A stretch of 64,000 nucleotides of DNA from Perkinsus olseni (lineage: Eukaryota): positions 1-64,000 of the forward strand of contig JABANN010000038.1 in assembly GCA_013115125.1 (NCBI GenBank), in the 5' to 3' direction. The notes below the pieces were generated by a model. It saw only the letters and a list, made by a program, of their open reading frames with translations, ran no database searches and was not told where the DNA came from. Each line of letters starts with the position of its first letter. Position 1 is the stretch's first letter. The translations under genes were made by a program, and so were the position numbers. Shown in pieces: positions 12,257 through 26,129 of this stretch.

Positions 12257-13684
12257 TCATCCACCAGGAGCCGGTCCAGTGTTTTGCCGTTCAATAGCCA
12301 CTGGAGCTCTCGGCGCTGAGAAACACGCATGCTCAACATACCACATTTCCTCGAAATCTTGCACCGACCACCAACCCACTACCAGCTCATTAGGTGTCGG
12401 AGCCGCTGCAAATAAGCAAGTCCTCGCCTCCACTCCACCCTGACGCAATGCCTGGGCAATCGCTACGTCCTCATATTGATCGCCAATTAGCACCTTCCAC
12501 AAAAGAAGATACGCGAATCTTAGTTTTCGCGCGATCATCATCCTACCACTCTCCGAGGCATGGGTTTCAGAGTCGGCATGATCGACAGAACCGTCGCGAG
12601 TTTGGTCGACTTCAAACCCTTGTCCTCGGAGAAGTACAGCCTGCGGAACTTCCGACTGATAACCGAAAGCTCCCGGCAGTATCTGCAAAGATGCTAATCC
12701 GCGCACGCAGAAGAATTTAACCCCTACTCTTTCGAGTGCAGTATGGTGACCTTAGCCAACAACGGTACCACCTGCGGCAGATAAAGTTGGCAGGACTCGT
12801 GCACCCAGCCTGGGGAGCTGCTGGTGAGTATAAACACATATGGTCCCGCTAGTACTATAGCTCGTGACTGAGAAACGTGCATCCAGAGCGAGGTGAGTCC
12901 TCTTGTTTTACCAGAACCTTCACGACCGTCTCCTGGAGACTCATCAACGAGTCGTCCAAGGAGGTCGAATCCGATTTACCGTCGGCGAGGAAGGTCGACG
13001 GCAGAATAGTATCGTCCCAGTCCCATATCTGAGGGGGAAAATCATTCCCGGCGACTGATAGTAGACCTTCCGTCCCCGCGGATCTGCTCTTCGTTGAATC
13101 CTCTATCAAGCGGGCAGTGTGCGACCAACGGAAATCAGGGAGAGAGTCGCCACTAATGTGTAGTGAACCCAGTGAATGTGAGGTCCCAGCACCTACGATG
13201 GCAGGTGGGCCGCCTGAGTCCTCCTGGCCCTCTCCAATTCTAACGCTCGGAGTGGGCAAAGATCCACAAATCGTCATTTCGAAATACAACTCCTCCGCTC
13301 AAGATTCGCGCGGTCGTTGAAAAATACATGAATCGCTTCGCTCCGCCCTGAGACGCGCATCGTAGGGACGTGCAGACAGGAAGTCGTCGCGCGTTACCTG
13401 GCCATAATTTGATGGTCCTCCTTAATCTTTGCCATGGTCAGGATGCGCATCTCAGAGCCAATAGTGCGTGATACAGATCAAGTCAACGTGCCTATTGTTT
13501 AACCCATGTTCTCAGTTTACCATCACCAGTTCGCTTTCGCATAGACATTCTGCATGTCATCCTCCACCCGAGAAGGAGCACTGAAGCAGGATGGACCTGA
13601 CGCCTCATCGTCATCAACATCGGTAACCGACGATCGACGGCATGCTTGGGGTGCGATATCATCGCCCTTGCCGACTATGGCCAT
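12257..13684 (-). CDS. HAD-superfamily-like protein (DWDDT type), multi-exon
   Basis: Motif I IWDWDDTILPSTFL (~13030); motif II VFILTSSSPGWVHESCQLYLPQV (~12760-12845); motif IV VLIGDQYED (~12480), then RTCLFAAAPTPNEL; ATG at 13684. Confidence 0.65.
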
Positions 13685-13816
13685 CAAGGATGCCGAACTT
13701 GCGGATGAATTTTTGAGGTAGTAAGAGTGTGGGAGCGGTAAGAGCACGGACGATTGATCAAAACCGTCGAGAATTGTGTTCTCGCGTTCAAGGACAAGCT
13801 CGTTGGAGTGGTTCTA

Positions 13817-14260
13817 ATGGCTCTGTCGTTAGCCCGGGACGTATACCAAAACACCGTTGGGATTCGATCCGCGGCGCGGCCTGTCTCCCAGACGCTCACA
13901 AGTGGCGGAATCACGCGAGGCCGACCATTGGTTGTCGACTTTCAGGCAATTAGATTCGAGTGAGACGGTCTCTCTCTTTGAGGATCAGAGCCCAGGACGT
14001 GATTTGGCCAAGAATCAGGGGAATCTTGAGAAGAGTCGTATGCGGTAGTGCTCGAGATAAATCGGGTTCAGTCTCACGAGCCTGCATCAATCCTCAGGTC
14101 AGCAGCTCGGCCGGGCAGTTTACAATCCCTCACTCTCGAGGTCGAAACTATCGACGAGAAAATCTTAGAAGCGCGGAAGATGGGCTTATTGGGTGATCGC
14201 AGTGCCACACCCACAGCTGGGGGCATTAACGTAGGCCATACAGACGCGTTTGATTTCTAG
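13817..14260 (+). CDS. Small hypothetical protein, ~3 exons
   Basis: MALSLARDVYQNT.., QLDSSETVSLFEDQ.., VLEINRVQ..TDAFDF* in successive frames, separated by intron-sized gaps. Confidence 0.3.
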
Positions 14261-14370
14261 TATTGGTGAACATGGTGCGCGCCTGTCATCGCTACGTTAG
14301 TGTTACCAAATGTGCGAGATTCTGAGGACCATCTCTCACTGGCACTGAGTGTAGCCGAACCGTTTCGCTC

Positions 14371-15600
14371 ATGTCTGTTCCCTTTCAGAGAGATCAAGCC
14401 AATATGTTCCTGAACCCTGCGAGGCCAGACAAGAATTTGATCACGCCCAATAGCGCCAATTACCTCATGACGCCAGAATATTTTGCAGACTCCCCCACTG
14501 TTGTGAGTTATGGGAGCGTTCGCCAAGCCTTGGACTCGCGGCGGAGTCAGGTCCCACTTCACTCGAAAGTTATCCGCTTTCTGTGGGCATGGATACCCTT
14601 GGGTAGCTACAAGCTCACGTACTACCCCGCCGGAAAGTCAACCTCGTAAGACGGGTTCGCTACCGTTCATCCGGTTATGGTCGGGAAAACGCGAACGGCG
14701 CAGTATCCATGAATTTACCGTACTCGTCTGTCTGAGGTCGTTGCACGTTTTTTCAGGGCCACGCTGCAGAGCCCGGCACGGTTAAGTCCGGACTGGTTAC
14801 AGCAGCATGACGGAGCAGCTGGGGGATCCGCAGATGTCGCGGTGAGTCAAGAGCAGGCGCCACATTCCTCCCTGTGGAAAGACTGTATGATGTTTCGCTC
14901 AGGCTAGTAGCACGTTTAGTAAGAACAGCACTGGAGGTCGGCAGGGAAGTCGGAGTGTATGGAGCCGTCACGCAGATCGATTACTTCTGGCTGTAAGGAG
15001 CGCCTCGCTCTCAGCTGCGCATGCTCGTTATCTTGGGAAGAATACTCCGTTCTCTCAAGAAGATTTGTCTATTACTTCAAAAATTCGCCGATGATCAGCA
15101 GCTTTCGTATCGCCGTCATGATATCGCCTTTCGCCACGTTCGCCGATCTTCTCGCGTTGCAGGTCTCAGAGAGCTACCCATCGTTCGGCATCGACAGGCT
15201 GAGCTCCTCTGGCGCCCCGTCGGAGTTTTACCGGGACGAACACGTCACCTTTGTTGCCCGACGACGCCCTCTATCACTTTCTGCCCAAACCGCCCTGGGG
15301 GTGCCGTTCGTCTCGGCAGTCTGGGCATTCACTGCGTAAGCCCGCACTGTCACCCCGAGCGCCTTTACGTTCGTTCCACTTCTGTTCAGAACGTTCGTGT
15401 GGCCCCAATTCGTATCCGTCCCCCGAGCTTTCAGCGTGGCTCCTTCACTGTTTGCCATGTGGATGGTCATGCTTTTCCTGTGGATCGCGCTGTGCGTCAT
15501 TCACATATTTTTGCTGAGACCGGTAAGCCCCCCGAGATTTTTCCCGTCGTGTTCATCTCGGTGCTATTCTGCCGTTCATCACTAGCGTTTTCCTTAGTGG
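14371..15600 (+). CDS. Hypothetical multi-exon membrane protein
   Basis: ATG-led exon MSVPFQRDQ..; downstream hydrophobic segments LGVPFVSAVWAFTA and LFAMWMVMLFLWIALCVIHIFLL, with GTAAG donors. Confidence 0.35.
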
Positions 15601-16472
15601 CAAGTCACATGCTGTCACGGTCGACGAATAGTTCTCGAGACCCGCTGGAAGTCTACAGCCACTAGCTTAGTAAGCCTCCTCAATGCACCTCCTCCGATCC
15701 CTGAACCCGGTAAATCCCCTCCGCCGCTCAGTCCCCTACCACGGGACGATTTCAGACAAGTGAGACACCTATCCGTGTTTCGTCTTTTCCGACAATCTCG
15801 TTCTTTTTAGTGGAAGTCATGGTCATCCACCATTATTGTAACCGTGATATTCCTATGTCTCTTGGTAGCTTGTATAATGACTCTTGTTATGTAAGAGCTT
15901 CCCGCTCGAGACTTTTCCGCACGTGCCCGCCTTAGGTATAAACAATGTGTTGAGTGTGGTGGCTGCGCCCCTTCAATCCACAAGGGGAAGATTATCTACC
16001 CGGACCCGTCCTGCTACGACTACTACATTAGTTGGATACCCGGCGCTACTGTGGAGACCCCAGGTTATGTCCCACATCCCTCGAGCCGCCCGTGGTTTCC
16101 ACTAGTAAGCATGGCACCCTTTAGATTGTTTGCTTGCATTGCCATCTTCAGGTCCCTTCGAGGTAGTACGACGGCATGTCTAGGTGGTATGTTACGATCG
16201 ACTCAACCCTCACCTTATCTTCTCCTTTCATCAAGTAACTACAATGTCTATTGCCAGTGCTTGTCTGAACATTTGAACTTGAACCGCTTATGCGAATGCA
16301 GCTTTCTCCTTTTACGCTGTTCATTGCGCCCGGTCCTTAGACGGGCATTCTCCACCTGAACAATTATCGTACGATATTTCCTGCGATTCGTCAACATGAA
16401 ACTTCGTCGAGTTGTGAACACAAGTACGAGGGAGAGAATAGAAACGTACGTTTTGGTAGATAACTGGGGAGA

Positions 16473-19415
16473 TCACCGTTTGTTGCCGCGTCCAGTCTTC
16501 TGAATTTTCCGCTTGGATATTCCATAGGCTTCAGCTCTCGATGCAATCGCGGCTCCCTTTCCTTTTCCCTTCCCTTTACCACCCTTCGCGCCCTTTCCCT
16601 TTCCTCCTTTACCCCCTTTGCCGCCTTTGCCCTGTCTATCAGGGAAAGCTGAACTGCTGCTGCCTTCCCGTTTCGGCTCCCGGGGACCCTCATCGAGATA
16701 CGGTGCGTACAGCTTAAGCGATGCGATTTGATTGAGCTCTTTATCGGACTTGTAAATGATGTCCTCGACGCTGAGATCGTGAACGGCGCCGGATTCAACC
16801 TTACGATATTTGAACCGTGTAGGCATATCACCTGAGCAACATGCGTTGGGGAATTGTGCAAGAGAGCAAGTGGCGTCGTACCGATCATATCCTCGAAGTC
16901 CATCTCGTACTCCTCTTCCTTCTCCTTGTTCAGCATCTGTTCGATACCCTCCGGGGGGCTACAGCCCTCGGGCACTCGAGACTTGACAAAGGCGTGTCGA
17001 TGAGTCGTGTTCTTATGACAAGGTTGGCACAGTACGTAATCTTCGCATTGCTGACACAGAAGAGATCCGCTTGGAACGGAGATTAGGACGACTCACCTTG
17101 CACTCGAAGATTCTCTTCCCCGGAAGTATCGGCTTCTGGCATCCATCACACAGCCACCACTCGTGCTCATCATCTTGCTCCTCCCGCTCAGCCTCATCCT
17201 GAGCTTCCAGACCGTCCCATTGCCCCCATTGGGTGGACTCGTCATTGGCAAAGCCTGCCGTGCTCTCGTCACCGTCCTCCGGAGTTCTCTCTTCGGCGCT
17301 CTCCTCAGTGTCCTCCTGTTCATCGTACCTGGATCGAAGCAAATTCTCACATCACAACCACCGGGAATCCCTTTCCCCTCAACACTTGGCCGCTGAGACG
17401 AAGTTGTCAGATTTATGACAAGACGATCAGTCGCTCACCCGTCGCCGAGAACGGTCTCCCTCATCAACTGGTCATGGGCTTGAGGATCCCATTCGGCGTC
17501 CAGTAGCTTCTCCCCGCTCTCGGCCAGCTTCGGCACGGAGCTACCCGTTACCTGAGCATGCTCTCCTCGGAAGAGTTAACTCAGCAAATTTATCTCGGGA
17601 GGCCAAATGAGCAATTAACTTGCGCCATATCCACTCGTTCGGGACCCTCATCATCGCATAACACTACCTTCGCAATGACCTCAAGTCGACGTTGTATCTC
17701 CTGCCTTTTCATATTCTTCAATCGTTTCAATTCCTCGGCTCGCTTCGCCTTCTCATCGGCCTTACGCGCTTCCTTCTCCTGTCTCTTCCTCTTCCGCTTG
17801 TCGTCTTTCACACGAACACTATCAGTAACCTAGAATCGAGAAAACGAACTTCAATTCACAACGAAGGCCCTATTGATTCGCGCTTTCGACCAAGAAGAGC
17901 ACGAAAGGGATTCTCAGAAAGAAGAGATACAGAGCCTCCGCCCCGCTACTACTGTTCGACTGTGGCCGACAAGACTCGTCCCCTTGTCTTCCTCGAACCT
18001 GAGCACATCGACTGCCAGCGCCAATTATCGCGCCCAGCTCATCGAGAGCAGCAGAAGGTTACACGTGGAAGCTCACCTGAAGTTGTATTCTCGCTCGAAG
18101 TCGTCCTCTCGGTCGAGCTCCTCGTCAGAGTCATCCGAGTCCCGCTCATTTGGCTGCATGGACTCCTTCTCAAGCCAGCCTGGCAAAAATGAGGCATCCG
18201 ATAATATGGGATCCGCAGAAGGTGTGGTATAAGGTTTTAACCACACTTAACGCCGGTGGCTCTCACCTTTGTTCATGATATAATCTCTCAAGAAAGCATC
18301 GTCGTCATCTAGTTTATTCTCCCCTGCTTCATCCGCGTCTCGGAAATACCTACAAAAAGCCATCGGCTGTCGGGAGCACGCCGCTTTGAGCAGCATCACC
18401 TCTCCATCAGGATTTGCTCGTTCCCTTCGTTCGCCGCCTTCGCTAGCTGACCGCGCTCCCACTTCTTGTAGTCACGGTCCTACCAGAGATGCCGATAGTC
18501 GTGAGAGCGAATGGGAGGATCCGAAACAACTCTCGAGCGGCCGGGAATTTGTGCTGTGAGGGTTCACTCACCTCTTCATCCTTCTCTTCAGTAGTCTTGT
18601 CTCGGACCATCAAGAAATCGTCGTCGCTATCGTTCCCAGTGTTGTCCTCATTCTCAGAATCCACCCCCATTGCATCCATCAGAGCCCGCCTGGCGTCCTC
18701 CCCCGCTTGCCGCGATGTCTGTGCGACCTGTTAAGCGACATTCCAACCCGAGACTACCCCATGGAGGAGTGCTCCACCTTCTGTTCCTCGTCCTCGTCTT
18801 CCACAGCGGCCTCGGCGCCTTCCTCGAGAAGTCGCTTCCTCATGAGCTCCTTATGAGTTAACTTTTTGGTCTTCTTTTTCTTCTGCCCGCCGTCTGCAAC
18901 AAAATGCATTTTCCCGCACAATCCTTTCCAAGGGATGAAACCAACGATCAAAAGCTTCTAAGCTCCGTGCCATCCACTAGACTAGAGGCTACCTTCAACT
19001 TCGAAGTCATCATCTTTGAACACAGGTTCCTCGCTATCCTTCAGAGACGGGTCGTGGCTCTTGATACGATTCAGGGTATCCATAATTTTCTTCTCGACAT
19101 CCTCAGTGAGCATCTCGGCGTCGGAGTCCTCGTCAGAGGAAGAGGAGCTCGACTCACCATCTGAACGAACGACCGTTCCCAGAGAAGCTCGAGCACAGAA
19201 CATAGAATCAATTGCACGTAGACTCGGCCCGCTTGGACACAAGTATGGCCCACGTCTCCGACCTGTTCAATTCCTTGACATTCAACGGACCCAGCAGTAC
19301 TACCATCCAGTTCCTCTGCATTATCCAAAGCCTGCTCGAGGTCTTTGTTGAGCTTTGGCACATCTTCATCGTCTACCGGTGCCTTCCGGTCCTTCGACGA
19401 GCCGGAAACGGCCAT
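16473..19415 (-). CDS. KRI1: KRI1-like 40S ribosome biogenesis factor (multi-exon) with an inserted ZZ zinc finger
   Basis: EDVEKKIMDTLNRIKSHDPSL; DDAFLRDYIMNKG(W); DDFEREYNFR; KDDKRKRKRQEKEARK..EELKRLKNMKRQEI; C-terminal EYEMDFEDMIG|DMPTRFKYRKV..LSVEDIIYKSDKELNQIASLKLYAPY. Confidence 0.9.
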
Positions 19416-19644
19416 TGGTCGGGTGCAACCGGGATACTACTGGACAGTAAATACTATCCATCCCCCTGTGCCTAGCCCGTTCTCAACCAGGGAAAAGTCG
19501 TTTTTTGATGATCCCCACAAAATACTCGCAGCTCAACACCAACAGGCAGTACTGTTACAGTACTACTGTAACACTGGTTCTTATGTGATTGCTAGTCTAG
19601 TTCACTCTACTCGGCGTCTTGTCATTTGACGTTACCAAACGTAC

Positions 19645-22600
19645 TCACTGGGGAGGTCGACCAGCCGCCTGCTGTCTATGCAGGGAAGCGTAGTACTGTT
19701 GCCACGCAGCTGCCAGATAGGCACTAGCGTACGCTGACGAAGATTCCTGCACGAAAACACTCTCCTTCAAGGCGGAGCGAAGCTCAGCTCAAAACTTACT
19801 CCTGATCCTCCCTGAGACCGAACCGGCTGAGAGGGCCCGCTGGCTGGAGGAGTCGACGCCGGTGGGGGACCGCCCGATTGAGCCGGCGACTGGTACTGGT
19901 AGGGCGACTGCTGAGGCGAAGGGGCGGCCTGCTGGGGGGGCATGTAGCCCTGGCTTGGCTGATGGGACGGAGGTTGCTGCTGCTGCTGCTGATAGCCTCC
20001 GCCATACTGCTGCGAGTAGTAGCCACCAGGGCCGGACGGACCTGCAATGGGACAAGAATACCAAGCGAGAGATCGTCGGGTAGGCTCCTGACCTCCTGAG
20101 TGCGGAGCCGGCTGCTGCTGATGCTGCGGCATCATGCTGCTCCCACCACCATAGACCCCGACGGGCGCGCTCTGGGGCTGCTGCCAAGGCTGGGACGACG
20201 GAGGGGTAGAATAACCTTGTGTGGGAGGTCCGCCTTGCATACCGCTACCAGGCGGAGGTGGTCCGCCGTAAGAACGGGGCGGAGGGCCCTGCTGCATGTA
20301 GGGGCGCGGGCCACCACCCATCCGACCAGGACCACCGCTCATAGGAGGCCCCCCGCGCGGGGCCATCCCTGGGCCGCCAGGACCACCGCTGCTACCAAAG
20401 AGGTAAGGCGGAAGTCCATTCTGTGGTACTGTCTTCACGATGTGTGCACCCTAAGAGGTGGGGAAAATAGTGCTTGCCCAGGATTCACCGAATACCGATC
20501 TACTCGCCACCACTCCGAGCGAGGCACTCCTTACCGCCAGCCTTTCGTTGACAAACCCGAGTATAGTCAGGATGCCATCATAAGGTCCCTGAATGGAGAC
20601 TTCTCGGTACGGACCACCGCTCTTGGAGATCTGTATATCGCATCGACCATCTTCCTTGAGCTGGTTGATAATCTCACCACCACGCCCAATAATGGCTCCA
20701 ACGCCACTTGAGGGCACCTGGGAAGAATGCGAAATGTCAGGCAGAGCATCAGCCATCGGTCGAAGACATTCTCAACACGATGGCAGCGCCCGGGAGGCTG
20801 CCGAGCTCAAAAGGTCGGACGATAATCTCGAGGCTGGGCAGTCGAGAGGCCACAAGCAATGCAACGGAGGAACGAACGGCTAGCCACTCAGAACGAAGCG
20901 GAGCAATGATTACGCAGTGGTATGGAGATTTGGAGAAGACTTGTTGCCCCCTATTACATCGAGAATGCAAAGGTCAGAAGGGCTATCGCTCCAGCCGCCC
21001 TTTCCACCGCCCTTCATCGGGCCTCGACCGCCGTAGCCGCCCCCCGGAGGGCCGCTGCGCTGGTAGCCGGCGTTATAAGAATTATCGTAGCTCCCTTGGT
21101 AGTCACCGTATTCCATACGACGACGCTTCGAGTCGTCGTAAGAAGGCGTGGAGCTGAGTCTCTTCTGGGATCGGAACTCCGGGTGACCAACTTCGTACTC
21201 AGAAATCAAATCAGCACAAGTAACAGTACCCGAAACAACCTGACAAGAGCGTAACGAGAGGCGAGGAATGAATTCAGACGGCTGGCTGCTCACCTTGTTT
21301 ACAAGCTCCTCACACTTATTCACAGCTTCCTCAGTACCAACACAATTGACAGTCCTGGGCATGCCCTTGGTCGAACCATGATACTCAGCTGGTGGAATGG
21401 CCTAGCACGTAATAACCTTACTAGTTCCGCTCCGCCTCGCCTGCCTTACCTTAATTTCGAGTCGAGCTCCGGATCGCTCCTTGATTCGGGCCAGGGCTAC
21501 CCCCTGTGGTCCAAGGACCTCCGGGACCTTGTGGTCCGGAATTTCGAAGAACCTCTGGATTTCACCTTCCTTCGGCTCCAGCGGAGATATCTTCTCCCGA
21601 ATGGCGTCAACTGCGGCCTGATCGAAGGAAAACAAACGATTAAAAAGCCCCCCTTCAAGCGTTGTCAACGGCCGACCTGCAGCTGCTCTTCAGTTTGCGC
21701 ATCAACATAGAAGATGCTGTAACCTTGGTCACGAGTCGACTGGTCTCCCTGAAGATACAGAACAATACCAAGCGCAAGATGCAGCCAATGAAAGATGGAA
21801 TCCGAAAAAGTTGGTATGGCGGCGCGCCTGCGGGCACGAGCACCCAATCTCCCCGACAATAACGCAGCTCATTTCCCATGAAACTCCATTTCGGCACCGA
21901 GCGACGGACACTGCAATTCCGGCGCCTTGTCAGTCCAGACATATCGCGCGAGAAGGCCGCGTCATTCTTCTTAGAATACTAACCAAAACAGGCTCGGCTC
22001 TTCGATACGACTCCCCTTTAATTCATCGCATCGCAACACACAGGTTACTTCAACTGACCCGCGAGAAATTCTCAAGCCGTTGCGGCCCGGAGGCATTTCT
22101 GTGTCGTGGAGGTCTACCACTCGCCCGTCTCATTTCAACGGATCTGCGCACCCTTTAGTAGCACCGTTCTCCCTTGACTGACTTGCGCCCTGCCTGCCTT
22201 CCTTGGGAAGATCCTTTGACCTCCGGAGCTCAAGACCTCTGCATCAAGCACTGCACAAGGGACCAGCACTCATTCTGCAGCAGCCAAATTCATTTCAATG
22301 TCAACCGCATTGTCGTCAGAGTCAGCAACATCAGCATTCAGTTCTCATGTTGGCGCTTCATCGGGTCACAATTCTTGTGGCGTTTCTCGTCGAGTTTATT
22401 TCCGCTCAGGCCAAGCGTGATCATTTCCATACAAGTGCTGCCTCATGACGGCCATTTGTGCGGTGGAGGCAACAACAAACAGGAGAATTCAAAGGTCTAG
22501 TCAGTGACTGAGGGACGCCCTGACAAATCGATCGCTCCATCACCCCCTGTCACTACTGATATGTTAGCTCCTGTCTGCTGCTTTAAAGCCGAGATGGTGG

Positions 22601-22800
22601 CACCTCTCTTCCCAATGACCATCGGAACCAGCTCCTGGGATACTTCCACTTGGTCTCGGTACGGACCAGCATCAGGGCCGAATTCGAACGCCGGGGGAGG
22701 GCCGCCGCGGTTACCATTCGGGCTGGGGTGACCTGCGTCGCAGAAATACGAGAAAGATGGGATGATGGAAGGCGTTAGTACCCATGGGAGGCGACGACAT
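19645..22800 (-). CDS. Multi-KH-domain RNA/ssDNA-binding protein, FUBP/KSRP/PSI-like
   Basis: KH motifs VSQELVPMVIGKRGATISALKQQTGANI, IPDHKVPEVLGPQGVALARIKERSGARLEI and VPSSGVGAIIGRGGEIINQLKEDGRCDIQI; P/G/Q-rich tail ending AYLAAAWQQYYASL; ATG at 22800, stop at 19645. Confidence 0.8.
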
Positions 22801-23068
22801 GACTACCGAGTGGGGCCCTTCAGCGTTCTGATGTACGCCACTAGCCACGGGAACTTCCTGCTGCATAATTGCAACAAGAAAAAAGGTAACTTCACGATCA
22901 CGATAGAGGACGAAGTTGGGGGAAATGCAAGATGGTGCAAGATTGCAAGATCTCTGAAACTCAACAATTCGCCGACCGACATCCACAAGTACATAATGAC
23001 ATGATTGACGAGGCAAGAAGCCACGGAAATATGACATGCGGTAGCTGAAGGAATGCTACGACTGGCGA

Positions 23069-25900
23069 CTACCAGCGGGGTTTCCTATAAAAGCCCGAGC
23101 CGTTCAGAATGCGTCGCTGCCGGGCTCCGCACGCACTAGTTCGGAGAATTCTCTGGGAGAGGAAGTCAACATAGGCCTTAGCGGCTTCCCTATTCGCGAT
23201 CATTTCGTCTTCTTCGTCATTTGGGCTCGCTATGTAGGTCTCGTAGAGCTTGGATGCACTCATGGTCAAAGTTGCGTCCTTGAGCGGGCGCCGCTGGGGC
23301 CCAGTGAAGCGTCCTGCTTTCGTACTCCCAGCGCTACTTTGTGGTGATCGGGTGTGGGGCAGGGCGACACCTCTCACTGAATAAGATATTGTGTGGGTGC
23401 CCTCGCGGGTCTCCTCATCTATGGGCGAATCATGAGCTACCAAGTCCCTGCCATCACGACCAGGCAACAGCTGATTCGCATCGGATTCCGTCACAAGATC
23501 GCCGAGGGAAGCCTGGCTGTTATTTGCCTCGAGAGGCTCTCCTATCCGAGGCTCATCAACATCAACCGCATCCTCGTTAGACGCCTCCGGGATACTTGCC
23601 AGCAGCAGCGAGGCCTGGCTACTCCCATGGGTAAGACCATTTCTGGAACCTGCCTCGACCCTACTGATGGCATCACTTATTATCCTCTCACTGCGTCTGC
23701 GCATCGACTCGGCTATAACCGATTTGAGGGCTACCGAGTTCTCGGTTGCGGGAGTCGTTGAGGCTTCCGACTCCTCAGCGGGTGCGGATACTGCGGATTC
23801 ATCAGCTGAGATGAAGCGCTCACGCACAGAACTCCCGGGCTCAGCCAACGGAACAGCTTCGGAATCGTCGGTCGCATTGGTTGTAACAGCTCTCCTCCTT
23901 GATCCGAGGTCGTGACTTGTGTCTCCCGAGGATGATACGCTGGCCATAAGGCTGCTGGCGAAAGCCGTCACGCTCGCGCCGAAGCTCTTGAAAACATTCC
24001 CCGACTCTACCGATAGCCCTTCATTGGACATGTCGTTGACTACCCGTCGCCCGGCAGGACTGTCGTCACCAATGCCGTCGTCATTGAATCCATTCGAGGC
24101 TTGGTTCACGGAACGTGACAGCGACGGCGGCACGCCCTCGTTATAGCCGCTGGCTACCGATGGGGCCAGGTTTCCTCTGTCCCAAACCCCCGGGACGCCT
24201 TCGGAACCACCGGCCTGCTGACCAGCTTTCGGCGCACACGGGAAGCCGCTACTGTTGAAAACACTGCTAGGTTGATCCGCCTTAGTGGAGTGAGCCAGAG
24301 CTTCGTCTGAAGCCGCCATGCTGAGGATGTTCCCGGACGCCTCAAGGCCGGACGCATTCCTCGCAAATGGCTCGAGAGTCGCCTCCGTCGAACGGAAGTC
24401 ACCGGTAGGATACTTATCCTTCATCCGCTCTGGACGACTTCTGCCGTCGAGTGACTTCCCCTTACCACTGCGCTTGAAGGATTTTGACAGAGAGTCAACG
24501 AAAAGTCGGGATGCACAGTGGCCATAAACAGAGGTCAGAGTTCTGCGGGCCACGGTGACCTGTCGTGACGCAGGCTTATCAAAGGGCCCCTTCCGTGTAG
24601 TCAACTTGGGCGACTGCTGGACTTGCGTCACTATGAGGCCGTTCGCGTTAGTGGAATGCGGTGGGCTCCGCTGCGACGCCGAAGGGGATAAGATTCTTGC
24701 AGGACTAACAGATCGTGGCGGGGTGACGCCTTTCTTTGAGCCAGCCGGACTACGGGACCGATCCGAAGGGCAGCTGTTCGCGGGCTCCTTTCCAGACGCC
24801 GCCACTTCCGGGGAGGATTCAGTGAGAACCGAACCTCCCTCACTACGGACCGCTACTCCCTTCCGACAAACGGTCCTCGGGTTGCCCTCAGCACGCAGAT
24901 GCCGCCTCTGCAGTTCTTGCGCGTGAGCGGTTTCCCTTTCTAGCTTAGCCCAAGCCTTCCGCACTTCCTCAACCCGCATTTCTCTGTACTGGAAGGGATG
25001 AGCCGCCCAGGCCGGGAACTGACCCTCTCCTCCATCTCCATGAGACTCGGGGCTTCTACTCGGCGGCAGCGATGCTGTCTTTGCTGCCTGAGGCTGGCTG
25101 CGGCCAATCAGCGAGCGAATTCCTTCAACTGTTCGACCACGGCCAACTAACAGCGGGCTTCTATCCACATTCGCGACCCTCTCCAGTACTACGCCCGTGG
25201 GTACTTTCCGGGGCACCTCAAGTGGCCGCTGCGGCGTAGGTCTGTCGACTGTCGGACTGGGGAGGCCCCATGGCTTGCCGTCGCGCTCCCGGCCAAGCCT
25301 CAGCTTCGGAGAGATAGGAAGCTCCTCCTTTGATTTCACCATAGGTTGTGACGGCTGCCGCACGGCCGGGGGTGGTGGCGATGCAGATCTGCCTCGCGGT
25401 TTCTCACGCTCCTTCAGCACATGGCAAGCCAGATTATTGAGGTAGCGGTCAATGTCGTGATCCAACCCTCTGAAGCGAGGACTCTCATTCATCGGAGGAG
25501 GAAGGCAACACCTACCTGGCCAACTGGCACATAGAGACAACCCGTGAGATTCTCTTCTCTCCTAGTGCGTCCATTGAGCCTCGACTGGATAGCAGACGCA
25601 GTAGAGACCGCAAGGCTATTCTGAAGAGGTCGTCCGCCTGGCGAAACGCGGAATTCCCTTTTTGGCTCGGAAAGTGGCTTCCGCTGCTATCCACTGCAAG
25701 CTTGACAGAGTGCCTAAGCGCCAATTGACGACTTAGCATTGGGCGGCCTTGAAAAGGCATACCCGTCGCATCGGCGCGCTCCGTCGATCGCCTCCTCAAG
25801 CCTCATCAATATCTTCTCCCGTCTCGCTGCTTCTTCGGCGGGTAAAAGGTGGGCACCAATCTCTCTCCTAACGTCGCGAGCGAGCATCGGGGACCCTCGT
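23069..25900 (-). CDS. Hypothetical S/P/R-rich low-complexity protein (long terminal exon of >800 codons)
   Basis: 823-codon ORF 23069..25540 plus a probable upstream exon (MLARDVRREIG..); no domain recognised. Confidence 0.6.
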
Positions 25901-26129
25901 CGCGGGGGAGCGAAGGTCATCGGAACGAGACAGCGATAAACAACCCTACCATCGCTACGGCCTGCGTCTCAGGAGCGGCGTCCTGCTCCGAGGGGCCGAC
26001 ATGAGAGAGAGATTTCTGACCTCTGCGACTTTTCAGCCGCCATAGCGGCGCATGACTACGGATGTTATGCGAACGCGACAACACAGCCGAATGAAAAACG
26101 TAACGATACGTTACAACTCAGCAGGCCTC

